Assembly (NCBI RefSeq): GCF_026571515.1
Contig: NW_026852804.1
Location: 186,001-250,000 of the forward strand
Reading direction: 5' to 3'
DNA length: 64,000 bases
DNA from: Ruditapes philippinarum
Taxonomy: Eukaryota
Shown here: positions 25,931 to 39,799 of the stretch, piece by piece
Numbering within the stretch: position 1 is the first letter of the stretch
Layout: each line of letters begins with the position of its first letter
Program-made: the position numbers and the translations under genes
Notes under the pieces: generated by a model
What the model saw: only the letters and a program-made list of their open reading frames with translations
What the model was told of the DNA's origin: nothing
The model's database searches: none

Positions 25931-28809
25931 TTAGAATTATTTCACTAAGTTTGCAGATTTCGTCTAAAAATTAAAAACGATTAAAATAATCTGAAGTCGA
26001 TACCTAGTTTAATGTGTATTTGGTTAAAGCTACTTTCTTACTCATTGCTGGAAATTTTAATTGAAAGGTTTTGAATTAAACATTAATACCTTCGGAATAA
26101 CTGCTTTTCGTCCTGGTTCAATATCGAAAATAATAATAGTAGGCAAACAAGTTTTACTACACATTTAATTGTAAGCAATTTATTTCCGACCATTTATTAT
26201 AATATTGACATTAATTATTTTATATTGTAAAGTATTTGAAGAGAAAAAAAACTATTGACCAATTCTCCGCTTAACAATTAAGGTAAACATATTCTTGCCA
26301 TTTCGTTTCTTATTATATAGGGTGTCCTGAATGTCTGCCGATAATCTAATCAAACAAGAATTCATTTTACTAATGGATTTTTTAATTGATAAAAAAAATT
26401 CTTTAATAAAGTCACGAAATATATATTTTTAAATCTATCTTCTAAATATAAGAAAATCAGATGTCTTGATTTTACTTAACACCCAATACACACACACTGT
26501 GCGGTTTAATGGTGTAATTGATTTTTTAAGTGTATTATTCAATGATCTAGGCCCATTCAAATATTTTCAATTTTTATCAATAAATCGAAATCATCGACTG
26601 TAATATAATGTCACATATTATTGACGTTTCAAACCCCTGTGTCATTGCGCTTTAAGATCTAATTTAGCGATCGCGCCGATCCTTTGAAGCGAGACGAGGC
26701 TATTATCATCCGCGATTCAGCAGCCTTTTCGCTTCTTAATTCATTTGGGTTTTGAAAAGGAAAGGTTTTAGTCGTACAATGGAATATCTACTTTAACAGG
26801 TATTTGTTATGTTTAAATCTTTTATTATACAGTAATAGCAATCTAAAGACAAATTATACCAAACACCTGTTAAGTAAATAATTGTGAAACAAAACTAATA
26901 ATCTATAAATTAATACTTTCCAGGTCTATATTATCCCAAGGCAAAATAATTAATTCAATAAGGGATCAAAAGATACCGGTACCGTTTTTTCTTGCTTGCA
27001 GGCTTGTAAAAAGATTGCTTCTGTATTTGCTAAGGAAGAGCAATTATATGTTTATTTGTGTGGTGTTTATTTTACATTTTAATATAAAGGATTAAAACTT
27101 CTATAAACAAGGTAACCCCTTAATATTTTCATCCATATATTTATTCTGTGAAAGTTAAATTCGTTAAATAATTTCAGTAGATATATTTTGTTACTTCATT
27201 TGTATTTTTTCGATTCAATATTCTGCATTGTTTTTAATACAATATAAAAGAACATTTGTGTTTTTATTCTACATGTATATGCTTTATTTGTTTAAATCAT
27301 TATGAAAGTATGTAGGTCAGTTCAAAATGATATTCTCAGACACTGTGTATGCTTTATTTTTTACGTTCCATAATAACCTGCTTACTTTACTGTCCTGCAA
27401 GCTGTATATTATATAGAAAATCCCACAAGAAGCTCTGGAAATCAAAATCTAAACGTTCCTTCACCAGTTATCTATGCATTAGATGCAATACTTGAAAAAG
27501 TTACATCAAATTGTAAAGTTTTATATACAGATAAAGAAATAGTTCTTCCGTGAATTGTTTTATCGTTCATCAACATCGGGAAGTTTTATTGTCCATCAAA
27601 CGCGGGAAGTCGGGTCAGTTTTCCCAGGTCTAAAGCGTCATATTTGTTTTTGTAAGAATGATTTGAGGTCATAACCCCGATGCACGAAAGTTGCGACAAA
27701 TTGTGATCTCAGTTTTATCAAACAATATCTACTAGTACAATGTTTTGACTCGAGGTCGCGAATCATATCTGATATTTCGAATGTGTTGTTTTTGGGGGCT
27801 GTTATCTGGCTCAAGTTTTATGATGTCGTGTCGATTAAAATACTTTCAAATGTATAATTTGATATTGAGCCTATGCTTTATTGAATATAAAGTTTTTAAG
27901 AAGCAGTGATTTGTAAAATTTAATGAAATTGCGCATTCCTTTAAATCGCTTAATTGTCCTTGCGGTTATGAATCTAATTCTCCATAAAATTGTATTTTCT
28001 TTCCGCCTCCTGATTCGCAAATGAACCATATAAATTTGGCAATATACTCGACATGATGTAAAACATATAACGTGAAAAAAAACTCAAAACGGGTTTAACC
28101 GTGATAAACAAATATAAATAGAACCACAAAAATTTCGTAGCTTCTGGTATATATGGTGAAATGATGTGACAAAACACATTTAGGGTGTAGCAATGTTGTG
28201 TTTTTTTACCAACGATTTATAATGTATTAATCATTATCTTAAAGGCCATACTGTGGCATTTGCGTTCAAATCCATGTTACAAATATATAGATACCCTCTT
28301 AAACATTTTATGTGTGCATGTTTGTCCGTCAGTATATGGTAAACTACAGATTGCTATAATCACACATACGAGCGAGTTTCTTCGTTTATCATTACATAAA
28401 TTATTATGTATGTTTTAAGGATATAGAATCCTAATTTCATTTTATTCTTTCAATACATGCGATAATTCAGCTATAATAGTCTGAATTTCTTACACATGAC
28501 ATGATTATATTGCGGGATGGTGTGGCTGGGACTAACAGGCAGGCACCTTAGCTAATTAACAATGAAACCTAGCAGAAAATCCCTAAAATGTTATATGGTT
28601 AGATTAGATAATCATTCTGACGTGTCTGATGTGCTCCCTTTAACAATTTTATCGAATCATCATGTCGCAATGTTCACGTTGAAAAATGATTCTGTAAATT
28701 TATCAATATCTACATGAAGTGTTATTCCAGTCCTAATCCATTCCCTCATATACACGCCTTTTAACGCACCCCCCCCCCCTTTTCTGAAGCCTCAAATGGT
28801 GAAAAAATG

Positions 28810-29330
28810 CCTTTTTTAGTCTGCCAACACTTGTTTTTGTTTGAGAAAGGTGATCACTTTTTTTCGACGCCGCCCGTTATCAAAAAGATACATCAAAGTG
28901 GTGCTGGAGAGGGATGTGCCCCCTTCTGATAAAGGGTAAGAGGTGGGCACCATTCCCCTCATCGCAAGAGAAATTAAGGACTTGTGAGAGGCCGACCATA
29001 AGGTAATGTGTAACCAACACTGAAAAGCCTTTGACTCTATCTCAATCCATTGAGAAGTTGCAACACTTTGAAATCTGTTTTGATGGGAAAAGTCAATGCA
29101 AAATAGTGATTTTGGCAATTTTGAGATGGCCCCTCGTTGCCATGGTAACAGGAAGTTTAAGACTGAGCATGCTGTTACAAGGACAATGGTCCAGTCAACA
29201 TGTTGGCCAAGTTTGATCAGTATTGAGACATTTTTTTACAGTTTCATAGCAATTTGAACTTGTAACGTGAGACTTTTCAATGAAAACAGACATTTTTCAC
29301 GAAATGCTTACGCGGTAACAATGAAGAGTT
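28810..29330. repeat. Interspersed-repeat fragment (HINE-like core)
   Basis: GC-elevated block with the gttgccatggtaac palindrome and ccaagtttgatca, similar in style to the HINE core at 5379-5900. Confidence 0.35.
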
Positions 29331-30042
29331 TTCTGCTGCGTATTTCCATCTATTTATGGTACTAGCAGGTCTGTATAATATTCATCCGCGTTCAAATGTA
29401 ATGTCAATGTGTCATAACATGTAACTTATTGTTATAATTCAGAAATATCCCAAATGCATGAAATGGATTTAGTTGCAGTTGTACAAAGATTGACAAGAAA
29501 ACACTGAACAGAAACTTGTAAAATACAAGACGCTTTAATTTCTTTGGCAACTTAATATAATTTCAAGATTATAATATACAATATATCCCTTAAATATAAA
29601 GAAAGACTGAAGCAATTTTTACTTGCTGCAACCTAAATCATAAATGTAAGATTAATGCACATTGGTTAAATCTGCAGGAAATGTTAAACAAAACTATAAA
29701 ACTAAATAACAACTTAGCTCAGATCGAGGGAAAATGTTAAAGATATATAATTTATGTTGTGTGAAAATAAATAACAGTATAATGTTCACAATTGAATGGT
29801 CTGTAAACAAATACTATCTCATCCAAATCTTGTTATTTGATAGACTGCACAATAAATACTTCCAGAAAGATTCATGAAAATATCAAGATTGGTTTTCCTT
29901 TCCCTTTTGGTTGATTTACTTACAATTATCGCCCATTAATTCTGGAATTTGAATCATATTTTATGTTAATATCTTATATATGTAAATGCAATGCTACAGG
30001 ATATAAGAATATGTGTTATATTGTTTCCTTATACGGTTATAC

Positions 30043-31018
30043 CAGAAATGGTCGTATGAGAATACAATAACATGATATGAATTTATCAGTAATGGTCGTA
30101 TGATAATACAATTACATGATATGACTTTATCAGTAATGGTCATTTGATGATAAAATCACATGTTTTGACTTTCAGTAATGGTCGTATGAGGATACAACAA
30201 CATGATATGACTTTCAGTAATGGTCGTATGAGGATACAATATCATGATATGACTTTCAGTAATGGTCGTATGAGGATACAATAACATGATATGACTTTCA
30301 GTAATGGTCGTATGAGGATACAAGAACATGATATGACTTTATCAGTAATTAATGGTCATTTGATGATAAAATTATAGGATGTGACTATATCAATAACGGT
30401 CGCATGATGGTAAAATAACATGATATGACTTTATCAGTAACGGTCGTATGATGATAAAGTCACATGATTTGACTGTATCAGTAGTGTTCGTACGATAATA
30501 AATCAACATAATGTGTCTTTATTAGTAATAGTCGTATGATGAAAAAATAACATGATTTGAGTATATTAGTATAATGATAATATGGCATGTTGTGACTATA
30601 TTTGTAACTGTCATCAGTAATGGTCGTATAATGATATAATAGTATGTTGTGACTATATAAGTAATGGTGGTATGATGATAAAATAACATGTTTTTACAAT
30701 ATCAGAAATGGTCGTATGGTGATAAAACAACATAATGTGACTAAATTAGTAATGGTCGTATAATGATCTAAAAATATGTTGTGACTATATTAGTAATGGT
30801 GGAATGATGATAAAACAACATTATGTGACTATATAAGTAAATGTGGTATAATGATATAATAGCATGTTCTGACTATATCAGTAATGGTCGTATGGTGATA
30901 AAACAACATGTTGTGACTATATCACTAATGGTCTTATGGTGATAAACACAACATGATGTGACTATATTAGTAATGTTGGTATGACGATAAAATATATTAG
31001 TCATGGCCGTATGATGAC
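30043..31018. repeat. Minisatellite, 42-44-bp unit, ~22 copies
   Basis: Consensus cagtaatggtcgtatgaggatacaataacatgatatgacttt(at). Confidence 0.95.
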
Positions 31019-34000
31019 ACTGTAAGGTTATAATACATTGTGGAATATAATACTGAATAATATAGGACGAGTACCTATATTGTACGAGGTGCTAGCCGAG
31101 TCCAATGCACGAGTCCAATAGAATCAGAAATGTGCTTGACAACGTAAAATGACCTCTTCTTTTAACTCCACCTTTTTTGGTCACTTTGACACACCTTTGA
31201 TTTGACACTTCAATTTCAAGAAGTACTTGATAAGGCCTTTGGGCTCTGAAAATGAAAACGATGCCAGTTATAGAGTTGTATGCCGTTGATACAGATTTTG
31301 ATATCAAATTAATGCTTTCATTACAAGATGGCAGTAGGACCGTTATGGTCAGGATCAACTTGGGTCTAAGTTTGCCGAATTTATACAGGGGCATTTATGT
31401 AACCTAATAACAATCATATTGCTTTCGTTGGAGACGCTATTTACCATTTTGTGTGAGTTGTGTCCGTGGTGAAAGTTTTTTTTTTCATTGACACCATGTT
31501 TATTTAGAGCAGAACAATGATCATTGTTCAACATTTCCTTTCTCCTCTCTTTAAAGATGTAATCTTTATATTTTATGGGTAATATCTTAACGAAAGGCCA
31601 ATATCAGTAGGTTTTTCAACAATGTTAGACCACATTTATTATTGATATATGTCGTTCTTACAATACGGCTGTAACATTAAACGTCCTACAAAATGATATA
31701 TTTATACCTAGTTATTACATCGCTACTTTAGTAACCATTAAAAAGTGTTTATTTTAATAGGTATCTAGGCGTAACATCGCCATAACAACACGGGCTTTAT
31801 TAAGGTCTAGTGCATTTCATTTCAAGTGATGTAAATTTAGGTTAACAAAAGACTGCTTTAGTAAGCTATGGGATGAAGTGATACAAGATGATTGATGTGA
31901 AAGAAGAGCCTGTGGAGCAACATACAGGATGTAACAAAAGGGGGGAAAATGGCCAGACTGGATTAATACATAACATAAGGTTTAGATGTATATTTACACA
32001 ACAGGTGGTGAAATGACGAATCATGGGGATAATAACGTACATGTGTATCAAACACATTTTGATAAAAAATAGAAACGGCGTGATTATCAAAATGTACCTA
32101 AATTTATAGTTTATATATATATATTCATATTTTCTTCCATGACAATTAGAAAATATTTATATTAAAGATATATTATGCTCAAAATTGATATTTGAAAATT
32201 ACAGTCCCCCCAGTACACGTAGAGAAGCTACAGATGTACATGTTACGTTTGAAACGTCAACAACATGCAAACAAAGCGTCGTTACAAAAATAATAGAACA
32301 AAAATACAACTGGCACCTTTTTTTAAAGAAGTAATAAGAACAAGTAATAATGAATGCAGCATTCTGAACATAGTTTTGCATTCTCTTATAATTGTAAGAA
32401 TTTCATCAATGAATGTTGGTGTCAAGAAAGTAATTATGTTACTCTCATCAATGTAGCATACTTGAGGATATATACTTCACAACTTATAACTCATACAAGC
32501 TATATTGCTATTAGCAAACATAATAGATATCGTCAATACCAAACCCCGGACAACCTACCAATGAACATCAATTCGTTGACGAACATCCAACAATGCAGAG
32601 ATAGACCAAAGAGATGCCGTTTAAATTACACAAATACAACGCAATTAGATTCTTAATAGGTCCTGAAGATGCCGCAAGCGAAAATTGCAAAAAGGTGCTA
32701 AAGACATTATTTCTTAAAATTAAAATATTGTACAGAAATGAAATAAACATAACATAAAACGTAATCTCTTAATATACAGTCTCCTCCATTGGAATCTAAG
32801 AACGTTCAGATCCGCTTAATACACCTTGCAACACTTAACCAAGTATAGGCTTATTCTAATATAAATGACTTAAAGAATTCTATCATTATCACTATAAAAT
32901 GACACATTAGCAAAATAAGTCGGATCGTTTCACGTATGTGGTGGAGATACATTTCACGAACATAATATGATTTTCACATTTCTTAATCCTAGATAAAACA
33001 ACCCCTATAATAATACTGGACGTTTAAAAGCTGTTCAAAATATACGAACCATAAGAAAAATAGCCATGTGACTAATAGTCTATTAAAAATACACAATTTA
33101 ATTGTGACAACAAAATAGGGATACTTCAAATGGAGACAATGCCTTTAATCACCATGCAAGTAAGAAAAATACGTGGCTTACGCTGCATCTGCCTCTTACT
33201 GTGAGATATGTAGCTTATACTAATGTAGCGTATTCGAGTTGTGAATATGAAGCAGTTTAAGTCTCTATGATTGAAATAATCTAACTCCTGTGGATATAAT
33301 ATTATAAACCTCCTGGGAATATCTAGAGAATTGAGAGTGCAAGTATAGAGGGAACGCATTAGAGTTCAGAAGTACCTTAACTGACATGGGACGCACCATT
33401 ATAACAAAGCCATTAATCACATAATGTATATTTTATAAATATAAGCTGGTGATATTTAACACCCACGTATTAACTATAATTTTTGTAGACTCCATACCTT
33501 TTAGATGTCCTACCAAAAGAAATAGCAAGGTTTTTGTAATTGTGATTTAGAGGGCTTACAATATTTACATACCTTTAAATATATCCCTCTGTTATTATAT
33601 TAATTGTAATCCACTATTAAAAAGATCACGAAAGACAATGTTACTATTTTTTGTATTAAATCTGTAATAAACATTAATGCTAAAAAGCTAAGGTAGATTG
33701 ATCATAATGTTGTAGATTTTGTATGGTCCGTAAAATAGGAGAATAAAAATCACAATACCTTTAATAAAAAGTAATAATTATTTGTTAAGCATAAAAACCT
33801 CTTAAATCTAATATGTTGCCATTAATGTTCAAATAGTATGGAAAGTAGACTTAATTTGTGCAAAGTTCATACTAATTTAAATTAGATATATGTAGCTAGA
33901 TGTGTCACCCTGTAACGTTTATGTGTTCTGCTTTATACTAATATTTAACTTATAGAGTCAAACATATATTACCAATGCAGACAGCTAAATTTTATCTATT

Positions 34001-37000
34001 ACTTCAATTACGTTTAAATATTATTTACAATCCTGGAACGTTCCGATTAAGATGAATGTTGGTAATTTATAATATACAATTTTTGTTTTGTTTTCCTTCT
34101 TTAGTGTAGCCATAGTTCATCACGCAAGCAAATCTGCGTAAAGAAGTAGACAACATCCTATACATTTTCAAACTAATGTTCTCTGTTATATAGCTTAGAT
34201 AACTTGTTGAGTTTCTATAGTATGATTTCACGTGGATCAATTTGGTGAGTACTGTAAGAGCGCCCCTCAACCTAGTCAGCGGACCAGATTCTATTGCCTG
34301 CCTACTAGAGCACTAATACTATTCCGTTGATGTGGTCGTCAATCTGATATATGGTATTCTGTACATTTTGTAGCTGTTTTGTAGCTCAGTGTAAAGCATC
34401 TTTTTCTTTCTTATCTGTTACTATCATTAAATGCGTTACACCAAAGCGGCGTTTTTACCATTAGTTAATTAAGTTAGCATTGCCTATTTCAAATATAATT
34501 GCTTTCAAAATATGTTAACCAATTGGAAGTCTAAATATGACGGCATTCTACAGTTGACAGTAAGCTATTCCGTCCATCTGTTATTAAAAGTGTCAAAACC
34601 GGTTTTATTTTATTTTATTAATAAACAAAATCCATCAATTAAAATTGTTACAGTAAAGTATAGGTTTATGATTAATAGTATCAAATTCCTTTCCCAATCT
34701 GCAAACTTTTTGCACTTTTGTCTTATATCATTATATATTGGTAGGCAAAGGTTTATGTTTTTGTTTTACAAATATATACATATTTCCCTTTTTATCAAGA
34801 TTAACTTGCTATTCAGTGCGTGTATATAGATACGTGAAATATTTGACATTTTGCGGATCAAAACTCTCATTTATAAACAGATTATAGTGAGATGAGTTCG
34901 TGTCTAGCACGAGATTTACACGATGTTACCATTCTAGATCTTGTATATTAATACATGTATATATTTTGCCCTACTTTTTTACTCAATTATTCAGTACATA
35001 CTTCATTAGTCCACGGATTCATAAATAACTCTTTTTCCTAAAGTTTCCAAAGAAGCAAAGGGGAATATTTTTTTCTGGTCAGAACTTTCTTTAGCTCGGC
35101 TTTTGAGTTATCTGCTCTTGAATATGGCTTAAAAAGAGCAAAAAGTCACTTTCAGTGGCGGATTTTTCAAACAATAGGACTGTGACCACAAATTTATTAA
35201 TTGTTCTCTTTAATCGTGTTAAGTGTAAGAAAATTATAGGCACAATAAGAATCGTCTTGTTGTTGTTGTTGTTGTTAAGCTTATTATTATAGAACATATC
35301 TAGGCCTTTAAAATTTCCAGAAATTGATTTTTTTGCGATACTTAAGATTTTATTTCGATAATTAATCATTTGTCATTGTTTTAAATTCATGATCAAACTA
35401 TTTCTAAACATATGTTTACCCCTTTTCAAGAATAAAAAATCTCATTTCCGAAGTAAAATGTGCTTCTAACGTATATACATTAATTTTATTCTATTTGAAA
35501 ACGTATGTATCAGCATTTTCCTGTAAGATTGAAAATATTTCAATTAGTTTTTTATTTAGTTCTTACAAAAATGTGGTCAAGGTGGATTCAATATTTTTAT
35601 TAAGTGTCGATTATTATATTTATCACTTTTATCTAATAACATTTACTAAAAATGTCATTGCCTTCATTAACGCCATTAGAATTACTATGCCATTGGATAG
35701 AAAAGCGTCTCTTCCTTATGAAAAAAGTTGAGTGTATCAAAATGTACATGGATGCTTTAATGAGATCTCTTTATGTTCAAGCTTATAACGTAGGTTCATC
35801 TATGTATTTTTTGAGATAATATTACATTGTTGATTTGTTAATTATTCAATTAATTGGCGTGCTCTTCTTGTAGTCTCTCCTCTCATCGTATGTATGTAGA
35901 ACAACCTGCAGTAACAATAACAATATTTTGGATAGGGTATAATCATGCCTTTTACGTGTCTTTATCGCCCTCCTCTCTCGAATTACTCAAACCTAAGTTG
36001 ATTGGTAAATCTCCGCCCTACCCCCCTACCGATACTAGTCTGTTAAAACCTTTACTAAATTAGATGGACCCTTATAGTCATTTTTCGCGCGCGCTCTTGT
36101 GCACTCATCTCAATCTAACTTCTGGTTGTACTATTTTTATATCAAAACATAATTTAGACGATTAGAATATATTTACCTTAACATACTCGTGCTATGTTAA
36201 TATTTAATAGATATTTATGAGTTAAGGACTGGCAAGACTGATATACCATTGGAAAGTGTATTTATTCATATCTGGTACCTCCTGAATTATATACACATCT
36301 CGACTTTTTCTAATTCTGAAAGTGCTTTAGATCTACCAATTATATAGAAAAAAGATGTTAATAAATAATTATGAATATTCATATAGAGCGTTCTTTTAGA
36401 GAATTGACATAAATAGTTATCTTGGACATTATATTACAGTCAGCTGTATATTGCTAGCCTGTTATATTTTAATTCTTTATCATTTATGACTTTGAAAGCA
36501 TGATGTTCTTGATTGCGTCAACACTGACTACTCTTAGTTGTGAGTTTTAGATTAGTGGCAAATATACATCATGTAGAAGGTTTTTGATGACTCAAGCATT
36601 TTTGGTCTCAACGCATGCTCTCCTCTAGAATCTCATGCATCATATAATAAAAATAAATTTAATTAATGTTTACCTTGATTAAATGGATGCCATAACTCTC
36701 TAGTGATCCTAATAAACCAAACCGAAGGCAGTGATCGAGACATTATTCAAATATACACTTACAACCCACACGTAATTACCCAATAGCCAAAAAAGTTTGT
36801 GTAGCTTTATTCTATATGCACGAGTTAAGTCAAGATGGCCGCACTATTGTGAGATAACTGTTACATAAACTTACAACATTTAATGTATTTAGTATAAGCT
36901 ATATTTAACATCCATATGTGAGTTTGTTCTCAAGATATCACAAATATACTTCTCATAATATAACGATTTTTTGTATGTGTGGAGAACCAACATAGTATGT

Positions 37001-37524
37001 GCAGTTTTGTTGAAGTGAACCAAAGATTGAGATCTCGTACAATTTATTTAACGAATAACAATTGTTACAACAAGACCACGGTATATAATGAGATAGCCGA
37101 ACAATAGCAAATATCGATAACTCGTAAATATAAAACCCCACAACAAACTAAATTACAACCGTTACTCTGGCCGCTCCATATAAACAATAGTAACAATGAA
37201 CGCTCCCGAGTAAGACTAGTGTACCTTGAGATATATAATTTAAGAAGAAATAATCGCACAAAAACATGTAATCTATAATTAAATCTGAATCTGATACATT
37301 TCCTAAACTCTTAGTATATTTTTCTCATGTTTGATTTTATTGAAATATTTTGGCTCATCTGGAGGCATGCAGCTTTAAAATTAAAACAACCTGTAAACGG
37401 CACTTGACATCGGCATACCATGTTATATTGTGATATGTTATACGTTTTTGAGATATTTCCCGAACCTACTCGTTTATTAGTCGGGTCTCTTTAAAAAAAA
37501 AAGAAATACTTAGTAAATAAGATT

Positions 37525-37590
37525 GGGCGCTGTGGTATAGTGGTAACAATGTCTTACTTCAAATCTAGGGGTCACGAATTCCTTCTTCCA
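37525..37590 (+). mobile_element. Degenerate tRNA-derived SINE head
   Basis: Box-A-like tggtatagtgg and box-B-like ggtcacgaattcc at Pol III spacing. Confidence 0.4.
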
Positions 37591-39799
37591 TTATCCTAAC
37601 TAAATTATCTTACAAGTCCCTTTTTGCTGCGACTTAAAAAAGAGGTTCCTTAAAATGGTACTTTACACCCAGTTGTTTCCCCTGAAATTTCTGTATGCAC
37701 TGGATCCAAAAAAATAAATACAACAAATGTATATAAACAAAAACAAACGTATTTATTTATTTATTTATTTAAGTCATATCTATATACATTGTACAATATA
37801 ATACAACATTAAACATATCATAAGAACTTGTATATAGCCATTCTATACAGAATTCAGGAGACTACAAATGTATAAAGCACATAAATATACATGTATATAG
37901 CATTATATAATAATGACTATTTACATGATAAAACTAAGAAACAAATGCTCTATGTTAGAATAGTTAAGAATAAAACAGTACGACTTTGTAGTTAAAAAAG
38001 GAGCACTTATGTCATTAAAAACTAATATGTAGCGAGTAGACAACAAGGGATTCCGTTTTGAATGAAAATAAACATAATGATATTATATAAGGTAAATGTT
38101 TTCCCTGGTTCTAAACGTCTTGATCACAAGTAGAATACTATAACATAATCTTGATATCTTTATAAATCTGTCGAAGTGTTTTTGTGTTTTGTTTTTTTGT
38201 TGTTGTTGTTTTTTTAACTACTGTTTTATGCTGATAATGACTTTTCTGTATATAGTGCTTCAAACTATAGATATTCGACTATTTATAAGAACATTATCGT
38301 TACAGATTTTATCTTATAAATGAATAAATTCCCATATTTATATGAAACCAGTATATCAAGTGTGTTTTTGCGTCAAAGCCCAATTCCAACTACCTAAATA
38401 CTTAAGTTATAAGTAAACTTACTAATACTTAGTATAATTTAAACTTTACTAAAATAGGTGAATAAAGGCTTAACAATAAACTAAATCTATTATCACTTAG
38501 AAAGACCACGGTTGACAATAACCGCGAATGACGCGAGAAATAAATAATATGTTCCAATGTCGTTGTAGCGGGCACTAGGTTAACTGATTATAGATAAACC
38601 TTGTATATCACCAACTTGATCAATTAACAAATGTTGAAGTTGTTCTACTTTTTCCAGGCAGGCAAATTTTAATCCAAAGAAAGAAGAAAAAAAACAACAT
38701 TATTTAAAACGTGTCTTATTTTTGGCGGGGTGGGGGGGAGGGCGGTTAATTTTTTAATTATTATTTCCAATTTCCCGATATTTTCTTTTCAAAGAATTTG
38801 ATATTAAGCTATATCCATCCATCTATTATAAATAAAACCCAAATTCTGCTTACATTTTGTTTTATGATTATAATGAATTGCCCAGAAGTCCGTTGAATTG
38901 AATTTCCAACGGTTACCAAAATGCAAAAATAAAATGATACCAATTAATACATGTAATTACTTCATTGAAGTGCAGGATGGAACATATAATTGGTGTCAAA
39001 GGTTATTACTTTCGCATTGGTTACAACCGGCTTATGTATTAATTTGGCCAAACAGCCTTATTTTTCTTGTATCTAGATAAATTTACAAAAGGCGATTAAG
39101 ATGACAACATTTTGTTTTTGATGTCGCCAGTATGTTCACGCTTGTGCAAAATTCAAGTGTTTAAATGTCACTAGCGTTTGCAACGCTTTAATGATACATT
39201 TGAAGTTAATTTATAAGTTGTATTCTAATAGCAGAAAATCCAAAGAAAGTCTTAGAATCTACGGCCTGCCACACATTTTTCTTAAAGAATTATTAATCCT
39301 TTAATTCTTTAAGAAAAATGTGATATATGATATGTAGAAAAACGGTAGGATATTTCACATATAATTGTTGTAAATCTGTTAAAAAACGTAAAAACACATA
39401 TTATATTCTCATGAACACCCAGGAATCAAATTCCTATCCTGACAGTTGAAATTGTTGCCTTTAAACAATTTTTAAAATGGTTGTTTGTTGTTGTAGTAAA
39501 AGCATATAAGGAGAAACCAAACCAATGTCACATTATTAATCGATCTTTTATCATATCGATCTGGTCATCAAAATGAATCATTTCAATTCAGATTACCAAT
39601 TAACAATGGACATTGATTTCAATGTTTCAAATTACATATTGGTCAATTACAGTTCTGAATTTCATGTCATTTTATTCATGCGAAGTTAATCACATGCAGA
39701 CGTCAGAAAAACGCAGCAGAAATAGAAGGAAAGAAAAACTTAACAGAGATTAAAGAAAGTGTTTGGAAGAACATTACAGTGAATATAGTGCACAACAAA

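Larger units (their letters stand above)
22900..32100 (+). pseudogene. Disrupted multi-exon gene for a Cys-rich single-pass receptor-like protein (C-type-lectin-like / WSC-like motifs)
   Basis: Candidate AG/GT-bounded exons: ~22900-22972 (LFLCLCLQG, signal-like), 23034-23214, 24837-24997 (Cys-rich, ends TTCVFNEE), 25408-25538 (CFFNDEQNW..ES), 26657-26799, 26924-27111 (TVFSCLQACKK..YLCG), ~27417-27850 (GLKRHICFC). Also YRVVC at 31269-83, hydrophobic LITIILLSLETLFTILC from 31404, and HVYQT / DYQNV at 32040-96. The frames need several indels and stops. Confidence 0.4.

Noticed and set aside
30043-31018. CRISPR-like regular array
   Set aside because: No unique spacers; head-to-tail tandem repeat in eukaryotic DNA, with no cas genes.
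34221-34244. AG/GT-bounded 24-nt micro-exon candidate (YDFTWINL)
   Set aside because: Isolated, cannot be linked to a gene, and expected by chance.
35990-36100. Promoter-like cluster (ATTGG, CCGCCC, TTTTCGCGCGC)
   Set aside because: Short motifs with no adjacent supported first exon.
25845-37590. tRNA genes at ~25880 and ~37530
   Set aside because: Only isolated A/B boxes with no complete cloverleaf; treated as SINE heads.
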